Below are positions 18,901 to 27,305 of a DNA stretch of 64,000 nt, piece by piece (within the stretch, counting starts at the first letter, position 1; every line of letters starts with the position of its first letter). The stretch is from Candidatus Staskawiczbacteria bacterium RIFOXYB1_FULL_38_37. GTDB taxonomy: Bacteria > Patescibacteriota > Minisyncoccia > Minisyncoccales > Staskawiczbacteraceae. A model generated the notes under the pieces. The model did no database searches. It was given only the letters and a program-made list of their open reading frames with translations, and was not told the DNA's origin. The stretch is from the NCBI GenBank assembly GCA_001822075.1, contig MHPK01000001.1:22757-86756 (forward strand), written 5' to 3'. The position numbers and the translations under genes are program-made.

Positions 18901-19068
18901 AAGTATGTATGGGGCCGGGCCGTTAGCATCAAGCCATGCCTGGTCCATATAAACAGTGCCTGCTGCTTTAATTTTTGTTATGCCAGCTATTCCTGCAACA
19001 ACAACCAAACCAAAAAAAATCCAAACAATAGATGATTTTTTATTTAATAAAAAACTTTTTAGTTTCAT
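15904..19068 (-). CDS. Large secreted protein (1054 aa): right-handed beta-helix repeats, three Cys-rich TSP1-like modules, PG-binding domain, Q-rich coiled-coil tail
   Basis: N-terminal signal/anchor (IVWIFFGLVVVAGIAGI). Repeated N-rich beta-helix-like segments (NNIFEGGQGGISASDSSNITITSNTI..., NNRFEP..., NNTVTG...). PG_binding_1-like segment GKITPEVETLQKML...GIFGKITEAAVQRFQ...GTVGPRTVAKLNEIY. Confidence 0.75.
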   Translation of the reverse strand: MKLKSFLLNKKSSIVWIFFGLVVVAGIAGITKIKAAGTVYMDQAWLDANGPAPYILSQSDTTYILQTNIVSEGTAFIVDGKNVTLDINNYEIKFGAIQGYSDIPNGNFEQGSGSTIPYWNLSGAPSARIVSTSEMPMKDSQTLKLNNPTATEEIISDWAVLPANRTYFASAQIKSCYGCKHYIKVENEAGTIVASMDTINVAIGGTVGVKFKPVAQGKYRLRIMFENPSGTNSSYIDDAFIRPAYDAGIVMAGYFDSLRTPDLVGITPPHPLSQSANFVVKNGTITEGVNGTRFKAMYKFGAVGAAEMANVRSFVSGISSSNFISTTANNNLHDNVFTNQAPDVIDRMDLFTFPVVPGSNSTVANNIFEGGQGGISASDSSNITITSNTIKIRASVTNHYGVIMYNSNNITVQNNRFEPYAGPGVALSTKTTNCNVSNNTFVLKAMPCDTEFPTGLTTPAIRVTDYNTTVAANMTQNNVIHNNTVTGTVSMFSQYPLCKPVLVGFHLSTGGQNEYYENSVNLSTTDASARAIGIYAAAPQTGLFRNNFFESNNMGAWITNPYGIGNNGQYISNTFSKGANPLEYHTFYMGYCCGFPADNHVFTDNQFTNGASMDDIYLFSNQSDHYSYTVKWYLNVNVVNQNNNPITGALVSADATGGGAEHVEALTDSSGKVKLELTQFYREGYSLRINPVSNYTYFAPHTITISKLGYDTHSETVSLSQSKQITATLSSGGAELPTCSSFAYSDWSACQSNNTQTRTITSSSPAGCAGGSPALSQSCIFAPLSTPYDVCASIYYSDWSECQQDKTQKRVITLSFPAGCKADSPVLSQSCVYTNNINVDACTSFIYSDWSECQPNNTQTRVVTSSLPVGCNGGSPVTSQSCAYAPPVAETNESAETSNQTASNQASEEPLYLELNGSLYYGKITPEVETLQKMLSNDETIFPEKKVSGIFGKITEAAVQRFQCRYLTLCSGSYNTNGYGTVGPRTVAKLNEIYGSPELAPVQTQTQEQTQQAGQMTQEERQNLINQLKAQIEALLQQVLQLLQEQLANQMGTQ
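16420..16860 (-). repeat. Three tandem ~47-aa four-Cys modules (C..(F/I)YSDWS.CQ...TQ.R..T.S.P.GC.GGSP..SQSC)
   Basis: Read from the translation. The three copies are clearly related at both protein and DNA level. Confidence 0.8.
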
Positions 19069-19141
19069 AAATATTACTTAATTATATCTTTTATAAAGAC
19101 AAACACAAATTTTTTATCCATAGCTTTATTAAAAACTAAAC

Positions 19142-19175
19142 AAAAACAGCCCCGCCAAGGCGGGGTTGTTTTTGA
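19142..19175 (-). terminator. Rho-independent terminator after the phosphohexomutase gene
   Basis: ccccgcc-aa-ggcgggg stem flanked by A-run/T-run (caaaaacagccccgccaaggcggggttgttttt). Confidence 0.7.
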
Positions 19176-19185
19176 ATTATAATTT

Positions 19186-20523
19186 TTATTGCTTTTCAAT
19201 AAAATCTGAAAGTTCTTTTTGTTTTTGAGCTCTTAATTCTTCTGTGTCAGCTTCAACGGTCAGGCGCAATAGCGGCTCTGTGTTTGACGGCCGCGCATTA
19301 AACCACCAATCATCATATTCTACGGTTATTCCATCTAAAAAATCTTGCTTTCCATCTGAATATTTTTCTTTGATTTTTTTCATAACTGCGTCTTTATCCT
19401 CAACTTCAAAATTGATTTCTGGACCTTTTGCATAAATAGACAATTCTTTCATTATTTCTGAAACTTTTCTTCCATCTTTTGAAATTATCTGCAACAATGT
19501 CAAAAGAGCAATCATGCCTGAATCTGAATAAAAATTATCTTTAAAACAATAATGGCCTGATAATTCTCCGCCCATTACCCCGTTATTATCCATCAATCCT
19601 TGCTGAATGTTAATAAATCCGACTTTTGTTCTAATGGGCTCTCCTCCCCACTTTTTAACAAACTCCGAGACTGACTTTGAACAAGTTACATGAAAAGCAA
19701 TTCCGGCTCCCGGATTTTTTTGTAAAAAATATTTTGCCAGAAGCGTCAAAGTAATATCGGCTTTAACAAACTCTCCCTTTTCTGTTATCAAATAGACCCT
19801 GTCTCCATCGCCGTCAAAAATAAATCCAAGGTCAGCTTTTTCCTCTTTTATTTTTTGGCTTATCTGGTCAGCCGAACCATCTAAAAGAGGATTGGGCGCA
19901 TGGTTTGGAAAATTACCGTCTGGTTTAAAATTCAAGTCTATTATTTCAACTGGCAATTTATCTTTTATTTTCAAAACCGCGTTTCCCGCAACCCCGTTTG
20001 AACCGTCTATAACAACTTTCATCGGCATAATCTCGCTTAAATCAACAAAAGACAAAATATGATTTAAATAATCATGCCACATATCTTTCTTTTCGATTTC
20101 TGGCTCAATATCTTTTTTGCTGCCGCCTTCTTCAATGTAGGGTATCAGCTCTTTGCCGCCCACAATCTTGATATTGCTGCCTTCTTTTTTTACTATCTTA
20201 AAGCCATTGTATTCTTTCGGATTATGGCTGGCTGTTATCATAATTCCTGCATCAAAATCATACGTGCCGACTGCAAAATAAAGGCATTCTGTGGGTACTT
20301 GGCCTATGTCATAAACTTCGGCTCCGCCGGCTTGAATGCCAGACGTCAACGCCTTGAAAATAACGGGCGAAGAAACTCTTGCATCTTGACCCACAGCCAC
20401 TTTTTTGGCGCTACACGACTCAACAAAAGACTTGCCTATATTAAAAGCCGCCTCTTCATTTAATTCTTTAGGATAAATGCCCCTTATGTCGTAAGATTTG
20501 AATATGCTTTTATTGATTTCCAT
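19186..20523 (-). CDS. Phosphoglucomutase/phosphomannomutase family (alpha-D-phosphohexomutase)
   Basis: Active-site loop MITASHNPKEYNGFK, metal loop FDGDGDR and sugar-binding GGELSGH. Confidence 0.9.
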   Translation of the reverse strand: MEINKSIFKSYDIRGIYPKELNEEAAFNIGKSFVESCSAKKVAVGQDARVSSPVIFKALTSGIQAGGAEVYDIGQVPTECLYFAVGTYDFDAGIMITASHNPKEYNGFKIVKKEGSNIKIVGGKELIPYIEEGGSKKDIEPEIEKKDMWHDYLNHILSFVDLSEIMPMKVVIDGSNGVAGNAVLKIKDKLPVEIIDLNFKPDGNFPNHAPNPLLDGSADQISQKIKEEKADLGFIFDGDGDRVYLITEKGEFVKADITLTLLAKYFLQKNPGAGIAFHVTCSKSVSEFVKKWGGEPIRTKVGFINIQQGLMDNNGVMGGELSGHYCFKDNFYSDSGMIALLTLLQIISKDGRKVSEIMKELSIYAKGPEINFEVEDKDAVMKKIKEKYSDGKQDFLDGITVEYDDWWFNARPSNTEPLLRLTVEADTEELRAQKQKELSDFIEKQ

Positions 20524-20596
20524 ATATTACTATTATATTCTCTGCCTCTTGAATTTTCAAGCGCAATCTGATATAGTAATCACATAATAAATATTT

Positions 20597-21058
20597 ATGA
20601 AAGCATACGAATTAACATATATAATCTCGCCCGAAATCACAAGCGAAGAGGCAAACACATTGGCAAAAGAAATTGAATCCTTTATCCAAAATAAAGGGGC
20701 TGTTGTTTTAGGCCACAGCCAGCCTGTTGCAAAAACCCTGTCATATCCCATAAAATCTCATGCTTCAGGGTTTATGATATCTTTGGAGTTTCATGCAGAA
20801 TCTGAAATAATAGAAGAAATAAAAGAAAAAATAAATAAAAATGAAAAAATCGTCCGGCACATTATTGCAATAAAAAAACCTTTAAAAATACGTAAAGAAA
20901 GAAGGGCAAAACAGCCCGTATCGCCCATCCTAAAAAAAGAAGATGCGATAGAGCGCAAAGAACTTCAAGAATCGGACACCCATAAAACTTCTATTGAAAA
21001 AGAAAAAATAGAGCTAAAAGATATAGAGCAAAAATTAAACGAAATACTCGGCGAGTAA
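20597..21058 (+). CDS. rpsF: 30S ribosomal protein S6 with charged C-terminal extension
   Basis: MKAYELTYIISPE start and position in the rpsF-ssb-rpsR order. Confidence 0.85.
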   Translation: MKAYELTYIISPEITSEEANTLAKEIESFIQNKGAVVLGHSQPVAKTLSYPIKSHASGFMISLEFHAESEIIEEIKEKINKNEKIVRHIIAIKKPLKIRKERRAKQPVSPILKKEDAIERKELQESDTHKTSIEKEKIELKDIEQKLNEILGE

Positions 21059-21067
21059 TTAGCCATC

Positions 21068-21131
21068 AACGAATAACGAATCAATACGAATATACGAATT
21101 CGTAAATTCGTAAGAAATTCGTAATTCGACG
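21068..21131. repeat. Inverted array of 8-nt tandem units (acgaatNN)x4 :: (NNattcgt)x4 centred on acgaattcgt
   Basis: aacgaataacgaatcaatacgaatatacgaattcgtaaattcgtaagaaattcgtaattcgacg fills the rpsF-ssb spacer. Confidence 0.8.
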
Positions 21132-21138
21132 ATGTTCC

Positions 21139-21687
21139 ATGAATTTAAACAAATCTTTTGTCTTAGGAAATGTAACCCGCGACCCGGAAGTAAGGTCGTT
21201 GCCTTCCGGCCAGCAAGTAACCAGCTTCGGACTGGCCACAAACAGATTTTATACTTCCGGCGCCGGAGAAAAAAAACAGGAAGTTGAATTTCATAATATT
21301 GTCTGTTTTGGAAAATTGGCTGACATAAGCTCAAGATATTTAAATAAGGGTTCTCTGGTTTTAATTGAAGGAAGGATAAAAACAAGAAATTGGGTAAATT
21401 CACAGGGAATCAAACAATACAGGACAGAAATAATAGCAGAAAGCATGCAATTGGGCCCCAAGGGAGCGGGTTCACCGAATGCATCGAGAACATCAAATTA
21501 TGGAAAATCATTTTCCCGCCCCGAGCCGGAACAGCCAAACAATCCGACAGCTGGCGGAGACGAGATACCTGTTATAGAAGAAAATTATCCTCTGCCACAA
21601 GCAGAGCTGACATCAAATAGTCCCAAAGAAACTCCTTTTGAGGGAGACGCCGCAGATGAAATCGACGTTCGCGATATACCATTTTAA
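21139..21687 (+). CDS. ssb: Single-stranded DNA-binding protein
   Basis: OB-fold N-terminus (NKSFVLGNVTRDPEVR...FHNIVCFGKLA), a G/P/N-rich linker and an acidic tail ending DIPF. Confidence 0.9.
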   Translation: MNLNKSFVLGNVTRDPEVRSLPSGQQVTSFGLATNRFYTSGAGEKKQEVEFHNIVCFGKLADISSRYLNKGSLVLIEGRIKTRNWVNSQGIKQYRTEIIAESMQLGPKGAGSPNASRTSNYGKSFSRPEPEQPNNPTAGGDEIPVIEENYPLPQAELTSNSPKETPFEGDAADEIDVRDIPF

Positions 21688-21766
21688 CGAAATCCGAAGC
21701 GCGAAATCCGAAATCCGAAATAAATTCAAAACGTTTCGAATTTCGAAATTCGAATTTCGAATTTCT
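21688..21766. repeat. Inverted array: (cgaaatc)n, spacer, (cgaattt)n, starting immediately after the ssb stop
   Basis: cgaaatccgaagcgcgaaatccgaaatccgaaataaattcaaaacgtttcgaatttcgaaattcgaatttcgaatttc. Confidence 0.8.
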
Positions 21767-21783
21767 TTTACGAAGTAAAAGTT

Positions 21784-21978
21784 ATGTGTTATTTTTGCCA
21801 AAAAAATATTGAAGACATAGATTTTAAAAACACAGAGATGCTTTCGCGCTATGTGTCTGGTTTTTATAAAATAAAACCAAGAAAAAAAACAAATCTTTGT
21901 TCTCATCATCAAAAAAAGATTGCCACAGCAATAAAAAGAGCCCGCCAAATGGGCTTAATGCCGTATACTCCAAAATAA
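21784..21978 (+). CDS. rpsR: 30S ribosomal protein S18
   Basis: CYFC...IDFKNTEMLSRYVS...KI.PRK.T.LC..HQKKIATAIKRARQMGLMPY is canonical S18. Confidence 0.9.
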   Translation: MCYFCQKNIEDIDFKNTEMLSRYVSGFYKIKPRKKTNLCSHHQKKIATAIKRARQMGLMPYTPK

Positions 21979-21992
21979 TTTAGTAACAAAAA

Positions 21993-22026
21993 ACCGTCCG
22001 CGACTGAAGTCGGGACGGTTTTTTGT
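21993..22026. terminator. Bidirectional terminator between rpsR and the convergent 104-aa gene
   Basis: ccgtccgcgac-tgaa-gtcgggacgg stem with A-run before and T-run after. Confidence 0.7.
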
Positions 22027-22034
22027 TTGAAAAA

Positions 22035-22349
22035 TTATTTTATTCCCCATCGTCTTAATTCTTCTTTTGTTCCCTGTTCAAACTTTTTTCTTGCAGTTTC
22101 TGTTTCCTTATGCGCCTGCTCTAATTTTGGAGCCAATTCTTCCCTTTGAATTTTTATTTCTTCTAATTTCTTCTTTCTTAACTCTTGTGACTGATTCATT
22201 AATTCCAACATCTTTTCTATCCAACCTTCAGGTTTAGATTTTCTTAAACTCGATATAACGGTTTCTATTTCTGCAATTTGGTCATCTGTGCTTTTTTCAT
22301 TTTCTATATTGCCGGATTCCTCTTCCGGTTCTCTTGGTATTTCTCCCAT
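22035..22349 (-). CDS. Hypothetical charged coiled-coil protein (104 aa)
   Basis: ORF only. E/K-rich, with no recognisable motif. Confidence 0.45.
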   Translation of the reverse strand: MGEIPREPEEESGNIENEKSTDDQIAEIETVISSLRKSKPEGWIEKMLELMNQSQELRKKKLEEIKIQREELAPKLEQAHKETETARKKFEQGTKEELRRWGIK

Positions 22350-22389
22350 ATCTTTAGAAAATTTAATAATTTAAAAATTAAAAATTTCG

Positions 22390-23397
22390 TTAGGCTTGTT
22401 CAAAAGATAATTTTTTTATTTTTTCCATTGCTTCTTTATGCTCTTTTAAATATGCTTTTGCGGCTTCTGTGCCCTGCCCGATTTTTTCACCCTCAAATGT
22501 AAAAAAGCTCCCTGATTGTTTTATTAATCCTGTGGTTAAACCCGCCCTTAAAGCATCTCCCGACTTTGAAATTCCCTCGTTATAATAAATATCAAATTCA
22601 GCTGTTCTAAATGGAGCGGCTACTTTGTTTTTTACAACTTTTACTTTTACCCTGTTGCCGATAATTTCATCACCCGACTTTATTTGCGCGGTTCTTGTTA
22701 AATTAATTCTTACAGAAGCGTAAAATTTTAAAGCTAAACCTCCCGGCGTTGTTTCCGGATTTCCAAAAACCATTCCTATTTTCATTCTGGTCTGGTTTAA
22801 AAATATAACCATTGTATTTGATTTTGCCATAATTCCTGAAAGTTTTCTGCACGCCTGCGACATTAATCTTGCCTGAAGCCCCATATGCTGGTCGCCAATT
22901 TCTCCCTCAATTTCCCGTTGCGGAGTTAAAGCCGCCACAGAATCAACCACTATAACATCTATATTTCCGCTCTTTACAAGCGTCTCAACAATTTGCAAGG
23001 CCTGCTCTCCTGAATCCGGCTGTGAAATAAGCAGGTTGTCAACATCAACGCCAATTCTTTTTGCATAATCGGGGTCCATTGCATGCTCTGCGTCAATAAA
23101 TGCGCATGTGCCTCCTTTTTTTTGCGCCTCAGCTATAATGTGCAAAGACAAAGTTGTTTTACCAGACGACTCGGTTCCATATATTTCTATTATTCTGCCC
23201 CTTGGCATTCCGCCAACTCCCAAAGCCATATCCATTGCAATTGAACCTGTGGGGACTACGTCAACATTAACTGCGTGTATTTCGCGCATTGTCATAATTG
23301 CTCCCTCGCCAAACCTTTCTTTAATTTCATCAACTGCATTCTGTATCGCCTTATTTTCCTTTTTTATTTCTAATTTATCTTTTTTATCTTTAGCCAT
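22390..23397 (-). CDS. recA: Recombinase RecA
   Basis: Walker [20 protein letters not shown] and the L2 region [20 protein letters not shown]. Confidence 0.97.
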   Translation of the reverse strand: MAKDKKDKLEIKKENKAIQNAVDEIKERFGEGAIMTMREIHAVNVDVVPTGSIAMDMALGVGGMPRGRIIEIYGTESSGKTTLSLHIIAEAQKKGGTCAFIDAEHAMDPDYAKRIGVDVDNLLISQPDSGEQALQIVETLVKSGNIDVIVVDSVAALTPQREIEGEIGDQHMGLQARLMSQACRKLSGIMAKSNTMVIFLNQTRMKIGMVFGNPETTPGGLALKFYASVRINLTRTAQIKSGDEIIGNRVKVKVVKNKVAAPFRTAEFDIYYNEGISKSGDALRAGLTTGLIKQSGSFFTFEGEKIGQGTEAAKAYLKEHKEAMEKIKKLSFEQA

Positions 23398-23416
23398 AAT
23401 TTTTAAATTAATTTAT

Positions 23417-25660
23417 TTAAACTTTTTGCCAGCCACCGTCGTCAGATGGTTCTTCTGATTCATCTAACCCTCCGCCGGGGATTAAATGCGCTTTAGTTGC
23501 GTCTCCCCGGTCAGTAGAGTCAGCAAAAACTTCTCTGGGCTTTGCTCCGTCTGCCGGGCCAACAATTCCTTTTTCTTCTAACATATCAATTAATCTTGCC
23601 GCCCTTGAATAGCCAATTCTTAAACGTCTTTGCAAAAATGACGCCGAAGCTTTTTGCGTTTCTAAAACTATTTTTTTAACATCGTTAAACAATGGGTCTT
23701 CGTCGCCAAAAAATTCTCCGCCACCGCCATTGCTTTCTTTTGCGTCGTGCTGTTCTAACGCATTTTTTAAGTTTTGCACTAAAACTGATTGCGGCTCTTG
23801 GACATTTTTATCCTGTTCTATTATAAAGTCAGTTACTTTTTTGACTTCTTTTTCTGAAATATAAGGCCCTTGAATTCTGCTTATTTTAGCTGACTTTGCC
23901 GACGAAAATAACATATCTCCTGCTCCCAATAATTTTTCAGCTCCAGCAGTATCTATAACTGTTCTTGAATCAACTTGAGAGGAAACCTGAAAGGTAATTC
24001 TTGTGGGCACATTAGCTTTAATCAAGCCCGTAATAACTTCTACAGACGGCCTCTGCGTTGCCAGCACAAGGTGAATTCCGGTAGCTCTTGCCATTTGAGC
24101 CAATCTTACAACTCCAGCTTCTATTTCTCTGCCTTTTGCCGCCATTAAGTCAGCTAACTCATCAACCACAAAAACAATATACGGAAGCTGGAGCCCGGAG
24201 GCAACCACAGATTTATTTTGGTTGTATGCGGCTAAATTTCTGGCAGGCACTTCAGAAAAAACTTCGAATCTTCTTTCCATTTCGTGCGTTAACCATTGCA
24301 AAGCATTTATTGTTTTTGTGGCGTCATAAATTACAGGGCACAAAAGATGCGGAATATCATTATAATTCTGGAATTCAACTCTTTTTGGGTCAACCATAAT
24401 CATTCTTAAACGGTCGGGCGTGCATTTGTAAAGCAAGCTCATTATTAAAGTATTTAAAAATATGGTTTTACCGGTTCCTGTGGCTCCCGCCACTAAAATG
24501 TGCGGCCCCTCTGTTATATCTGCGTAAACCGGAGCGCCAGAAACATTGCGTCCTAAAGCTACAAGCAAGGGGCTTGTTGAATTTTGCCAATTCGGATGAG
24601 AAAGCAAATTTCTTAAAGTGACTGTTGACCTTACTTTATTCGGCACCTCAATGCCCACGAGAGACTTTCCTGGAATGGGAGCCTCAATTCTTATGGGGTG
24701 AGCGGCCAAGGCCAAAGCTAAATTATTTGATAAAGTTGTAATTTTTGAAAGTTTTACTCCTTCAGCGGGTTTGAAAGCATATTGGGTTACAGTGGGCCCC
24801 ACATTTACTTCTGCCATTTCAACCGGAATGCCAAAATTATCCAACGTGCTTTTTATTATCATTGAATTTTCTTTTATGTTGCCGGAAGTTGGAGCTGATT
24901 CATTTTTTTGCAATAAATCCAATGGAGGTAAAGTATAAAGTTCTTTTGAGTTGCCCGAGTCAGATTTTTTAAGTTCTTTTCTTTCGGGCTGGTCATCCAT
25001 GCCTCCCCTCTTAAACAAAGATATTCTGTTTGTAGCCGGCGCAGGTTTTTCTTTTTTTTCTTCAACAACTCCTTTTATTTTTACATTTTCATTTTCAGGC
25101 CTGTTAAGCACAAACGAAGGCTTGCTCTCTTCTTCTTTTTTTTCTCTTGGAATTTCTTGCCATATAAACTGCAAAAATATAAACAGGCCAATCAACAAAA
25201 TTGCCCCGAATATAATGTTGGCAACCAAAATGCCAAAAAAGCCGACGAACAATTTTGCCAACAAATATCCTGCCCATCCGCCCGATTCAACTGTTAAATT
25301 TTTTGCGGCTAAAATTCCCGAAATTCCAATGATAGAAACAACAATAGCCAAAAGCATTGCAAGATTTTTTCCTTTTTTTCTTGACCTTAAAAATATCAAT
25401 CCTGCAACAAATAAAAGCAAAGGTATTACATAAAATGACTTTCCTATTGAAAACAGAGAAACATTTACAAAAATTTTTCCGGCATATCCTGCTTTGTCAA
25501 AAACAGGAAAAGATAAAACAATAATTATTGCCGCCAAAAACATTAAAATGGCTTTTATCCATCTTTTGGTCCACGAGCTCAAAAGCGAATCTTTTTTCAC
25601 CTCTTTCCCATTTTTTTCCTTTCCGTTTTTATTTTTCCCGTTATTTTTATCTTTCGCCAT
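23417..25660 (-). CDS. ftsK: DNA translocase FtsK/SpoIIIE
   Basis: N-terminal TM helices, Walker A GATGTGKT, the VVDELADLM motif, and a C-terminal gamma (wHTH) domain SASFLQRRLRIGYSRAARLIDMLE. Confidence 0.93.
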   Translation of the reverse strand: MAKDKNNGKNKNGKEKNGKEVKKDSLLSSWTKRWIKAILMFLAAIIIVLSFPVFDKAGYAGKIFVNVSLFSIGKSFYVIPLLLFVAGLIFLRSRKKGKNLAMLLAIVVSIIGISGILAAKNLTVESGGWAGYLLAKLFVGFFGILVANIIFGAILLIGLFIFLQFIWQEIPREKKEEESKPSFVLNRPENENVKIKGVVEEKKEKPAPATNRISLFKRGGMDDQPERKELKKSDSGNSKELYTLPPLDLLQKNESAPTSGNIKENSMIIKSTLDNFGIPVEMAEVNVGPTVTQYAFKPAEGVKLSKITTLSNNLALALAAHPIRIEAPIPGKSLVGIEVPNKVRSTVTLRNLLSHPNWQNSTSPLLVALGRNVSGAPVYADITEGPHILVAGATGTGKTIFLNTLIMSLLYKCTPDRLRMIMVDPKRVEFQNYNDIPHLLCPVIYDATKTINALQWLTHEMERRFEVFSEVPARNLAAYNQNKSVVASGLQLPYIVFVVDELADLMAAKGREIEAGVVRLAQMARATGIHLVLATQRPSVEVITGLIKANVPTRITFQVSSQVDSRTVIDTAGAEKLLGAGDMLFSSAKSAKISRIQGPYISEKEVKKVTDFIIEQDKNVQEPQSVLVQNLKNALEQHDAKESNGGGGEFFGDEDPLFNDVKKIVLETQKASASFLQRRLRIGYSRAARLIDMLEEKGIVGPADGAKPREVFADSTDRGDATKAHLIPGGGLDESEEPSDDGGWQKV

Positions 25661-25668
25661 TTAAATAA

Positions 25669-26283
25669 TTAGTTAGTAAATTTAAAAGTAGGAAGAATTT
25701 GATTATAAGCTGATATACAATCACTTACACGTACAGCAGAAGACGCCGCCCGATAACCAATATAATATTTTTTTCCATCATGTTCTAAAATCGAAAGTTG
25801 ATATGTTTTAGTATCTTTTATTATAGATAAAAAATTATCATCAATGTTCGGGTATACATATAAATCGCACCCATACTTTAGCATAGCAACAAAAATTTCT
25901 TTATATGATGAATCTTTATAAAAATCGCGCTCCTGCATAGAAATATCGTCTTGAGAAAGCATTTCGTTTATTGGAAATTTTATCTCAAAACTATATTTGT
26001 CGCTCGTAAATGTTTTCCATTCGGCGGTTTGGTTTACAATCGGGCAAGCGGTAAATTCGCAGTTGGGGCCTGAACGGCCAACACTAGATCCATCGGGACA
26101 AATTTTTGCATCTGTTGTGCAGGCAGTTTGGTTTTGGTCATTGGGGTTTTGTTGGTCATTGGGGTTTGGGATTTGGGATTTTAAATAATATTCATAAGCA
26201 AACACTCCTCCAAAGGCAAAAGCCGCCACAACAATAAAAATTGTAATGCCTGCTATAGTTGAAATACCTTTTTGTGTTTTCAT
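25669..26283 (-). CDS. Hypothetical membrane-anchored protein (204 aa)
   Basis: N-terminal TM (ISTIAGITIFIVVAAFAFGGVFAY), a PNPNDQ duplication and a Cys-rich knot (CTTDAKICPDGS...CEFTACP). Confidence 0.5.
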   Translation of the reverse strand: MKTQKGISTIAGITIFIVVAAFAFGGVFAYEYYLKSQIPNPNDQQNPNDQNQTACTTDAKICPDGSSVGRSGPNCEFTACPIVNQTAEWKTFTSDKYSFEIKFPINEMLSQDDISMQERDFYKDSSYKEIFVAMLKYGCDLYVYPNIDDNFLSIIKDTKTYQLSILEHDGKKYYIGYRAASSAVRVSDCISAYNQILPTFKFTN

Positions 26284-26336
26284 AATTTTTGGTCTTACAT
26301 TTTTAAAAGCTTTTAAAAATGTAAGATGTTAATAAT

Positions 26337-26894
26337 TTAAGACTTTAATAATTCGTTTAAAACTTTAAAAGTCCCCTGCTTTTCTGCCCATTTTTTTATA
26401 TATTCAAAATCTAATTTTATTTTTGGATTTCTTAAAACGGTTTTTATGTCTTCTTTTTGCTTCCACGAGCCGCTTTCTTTTGACCACATAAGTTTTCCCA
26501 GTATTAAGTCTTCTGGAGAAACAAAATAGGCTTTTGCCCCATAGATATCAAGAAGTATGGCTCTTTTTATCTTTAATTTATTATACGCATTCACAGCCAT
26601 CACAAAAAAATCAACTTTGAGTCCTGTGTCGGGGTGGATAAAATTAAATTCGCTACGGTGAGTCAGCGCGCTCCTAATCATATCTTCGTCTGCATAAACA
26701 TTTTTGTCTATTTCAAGTAATTTTTTTGCCAAGGGCTTTATGTTTTTTTCAAACAATTCAACAATTATATCAATATCAGCTGTATATCTGGGCTTCCCCC
26801 AAACTGATACAGCAAACCCGCCAGTTACTGCATAAGGAATTTTAAGGTCGCTTAAAATTTCACTTATTCTTTTTAATAACTCTTCTGGCGTCAT
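26337..26894 (-). CDS. Nucleotidyltransferase-fold protein (possible toxin-like NTase)
   Basis: PYAVTGGFAVSVWGKPRYTADIDIIVE resembles the G-[GS]...D.D minimal NTase motif. Overlaps the upstream small ORF by 35 nt. Confidence 0.55.
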   Translation of the reverse strand: MTPEELLKRISEILSDLKIPYAVTGGFAVSVWGKPRYTADIDIIVELFEKNIKPLAKKLLEIDKNVYADEDMIRSALTHRSEFNFIHPDTGLKVDFFVMAVNAYNKLKIKRAILLDIYGAKAYFVSPEDLILGKLMWSKESGSWKQKEDIKTVLRNPKIKLDFEYIKKWAEKQGTFKVLNELLKS

Positions 26895-27048
26895 TTATCG
26901 TTTTTGAACATCTTAATTTTTGGCCCAGCATAAAAAATTGACTAGCAAGTCTTATCTTCTTTTCAGAAGGCATATTATAATAAATTTCATCCTGGATTTC
27001 CTGCGCCCGTTTAGGATTTAAAATTTGTTTATTCATTTTATGATTCAT
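26860..27048 (-). CDS. Small partner ORF (62 aa) upstream of the NTase; possible antitoxin
   Basis: Called from position and overlap only. No motif recognised. Confidence 0.35.
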   Translation of the reverse strand: MNHKMNKQILNPKRAQEIQDEIYYNMPSEKKIRLASQFFMLGQKLRCSKTINDARRVIKKNK

Positions 27049-27236
27049 TTATTATAGCACTTTAACTTTTATATTCAAGTTGAGAAAAACCCCATCACCA
27101 ATTTCAGCCGAGTTCGTAGACATCCGATTTCAAAAGGCGAAGCGCCTACGGCTGTCTATGTTGTAATATAGAGTTAATTAGTAAAATTAGTGAGGGGTTA
27201 TTTTACTTTTTATATATTAAAAAATTGGAAGTAAAA

Positions 27237-27275
27237 TAAAAAAATGGGCGTTCGCGACAAAAAGTCGGAACGCCC
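27237..27275 (-). terminator. Terminator of the PEP-CTERM gene
   Basis: gggcgttc(g)cgac-aaaaa-gtcggaacgccc preceded on the plus strand by an A-run (a T-run on the minus strand). The architecture resembles the rpsR terminator. Confidence 0.7.
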
Positions 27276-27305
27276 CTGACGAACCAAGCTTGAAAGCTTA
27301 GATGT

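Noticed and set aside
21059-21948. Minus-strand ORFs 21059-21403 and 21613-21948, and plus ORF 21390-21620
   Set aside because: They are antisense or out of frame to the well-supported ssb and rpsR genes. They run through the tandem-repeat spacers.
23108-25433. Plus-strand ORFs antisense to recA and ftsK (23108-23458, 24088-24399, 24951-25433)
   Set aside because: They lie fully inside strongly supported genes, with hydrophobic or low-complexity translations typical of antisense frames.
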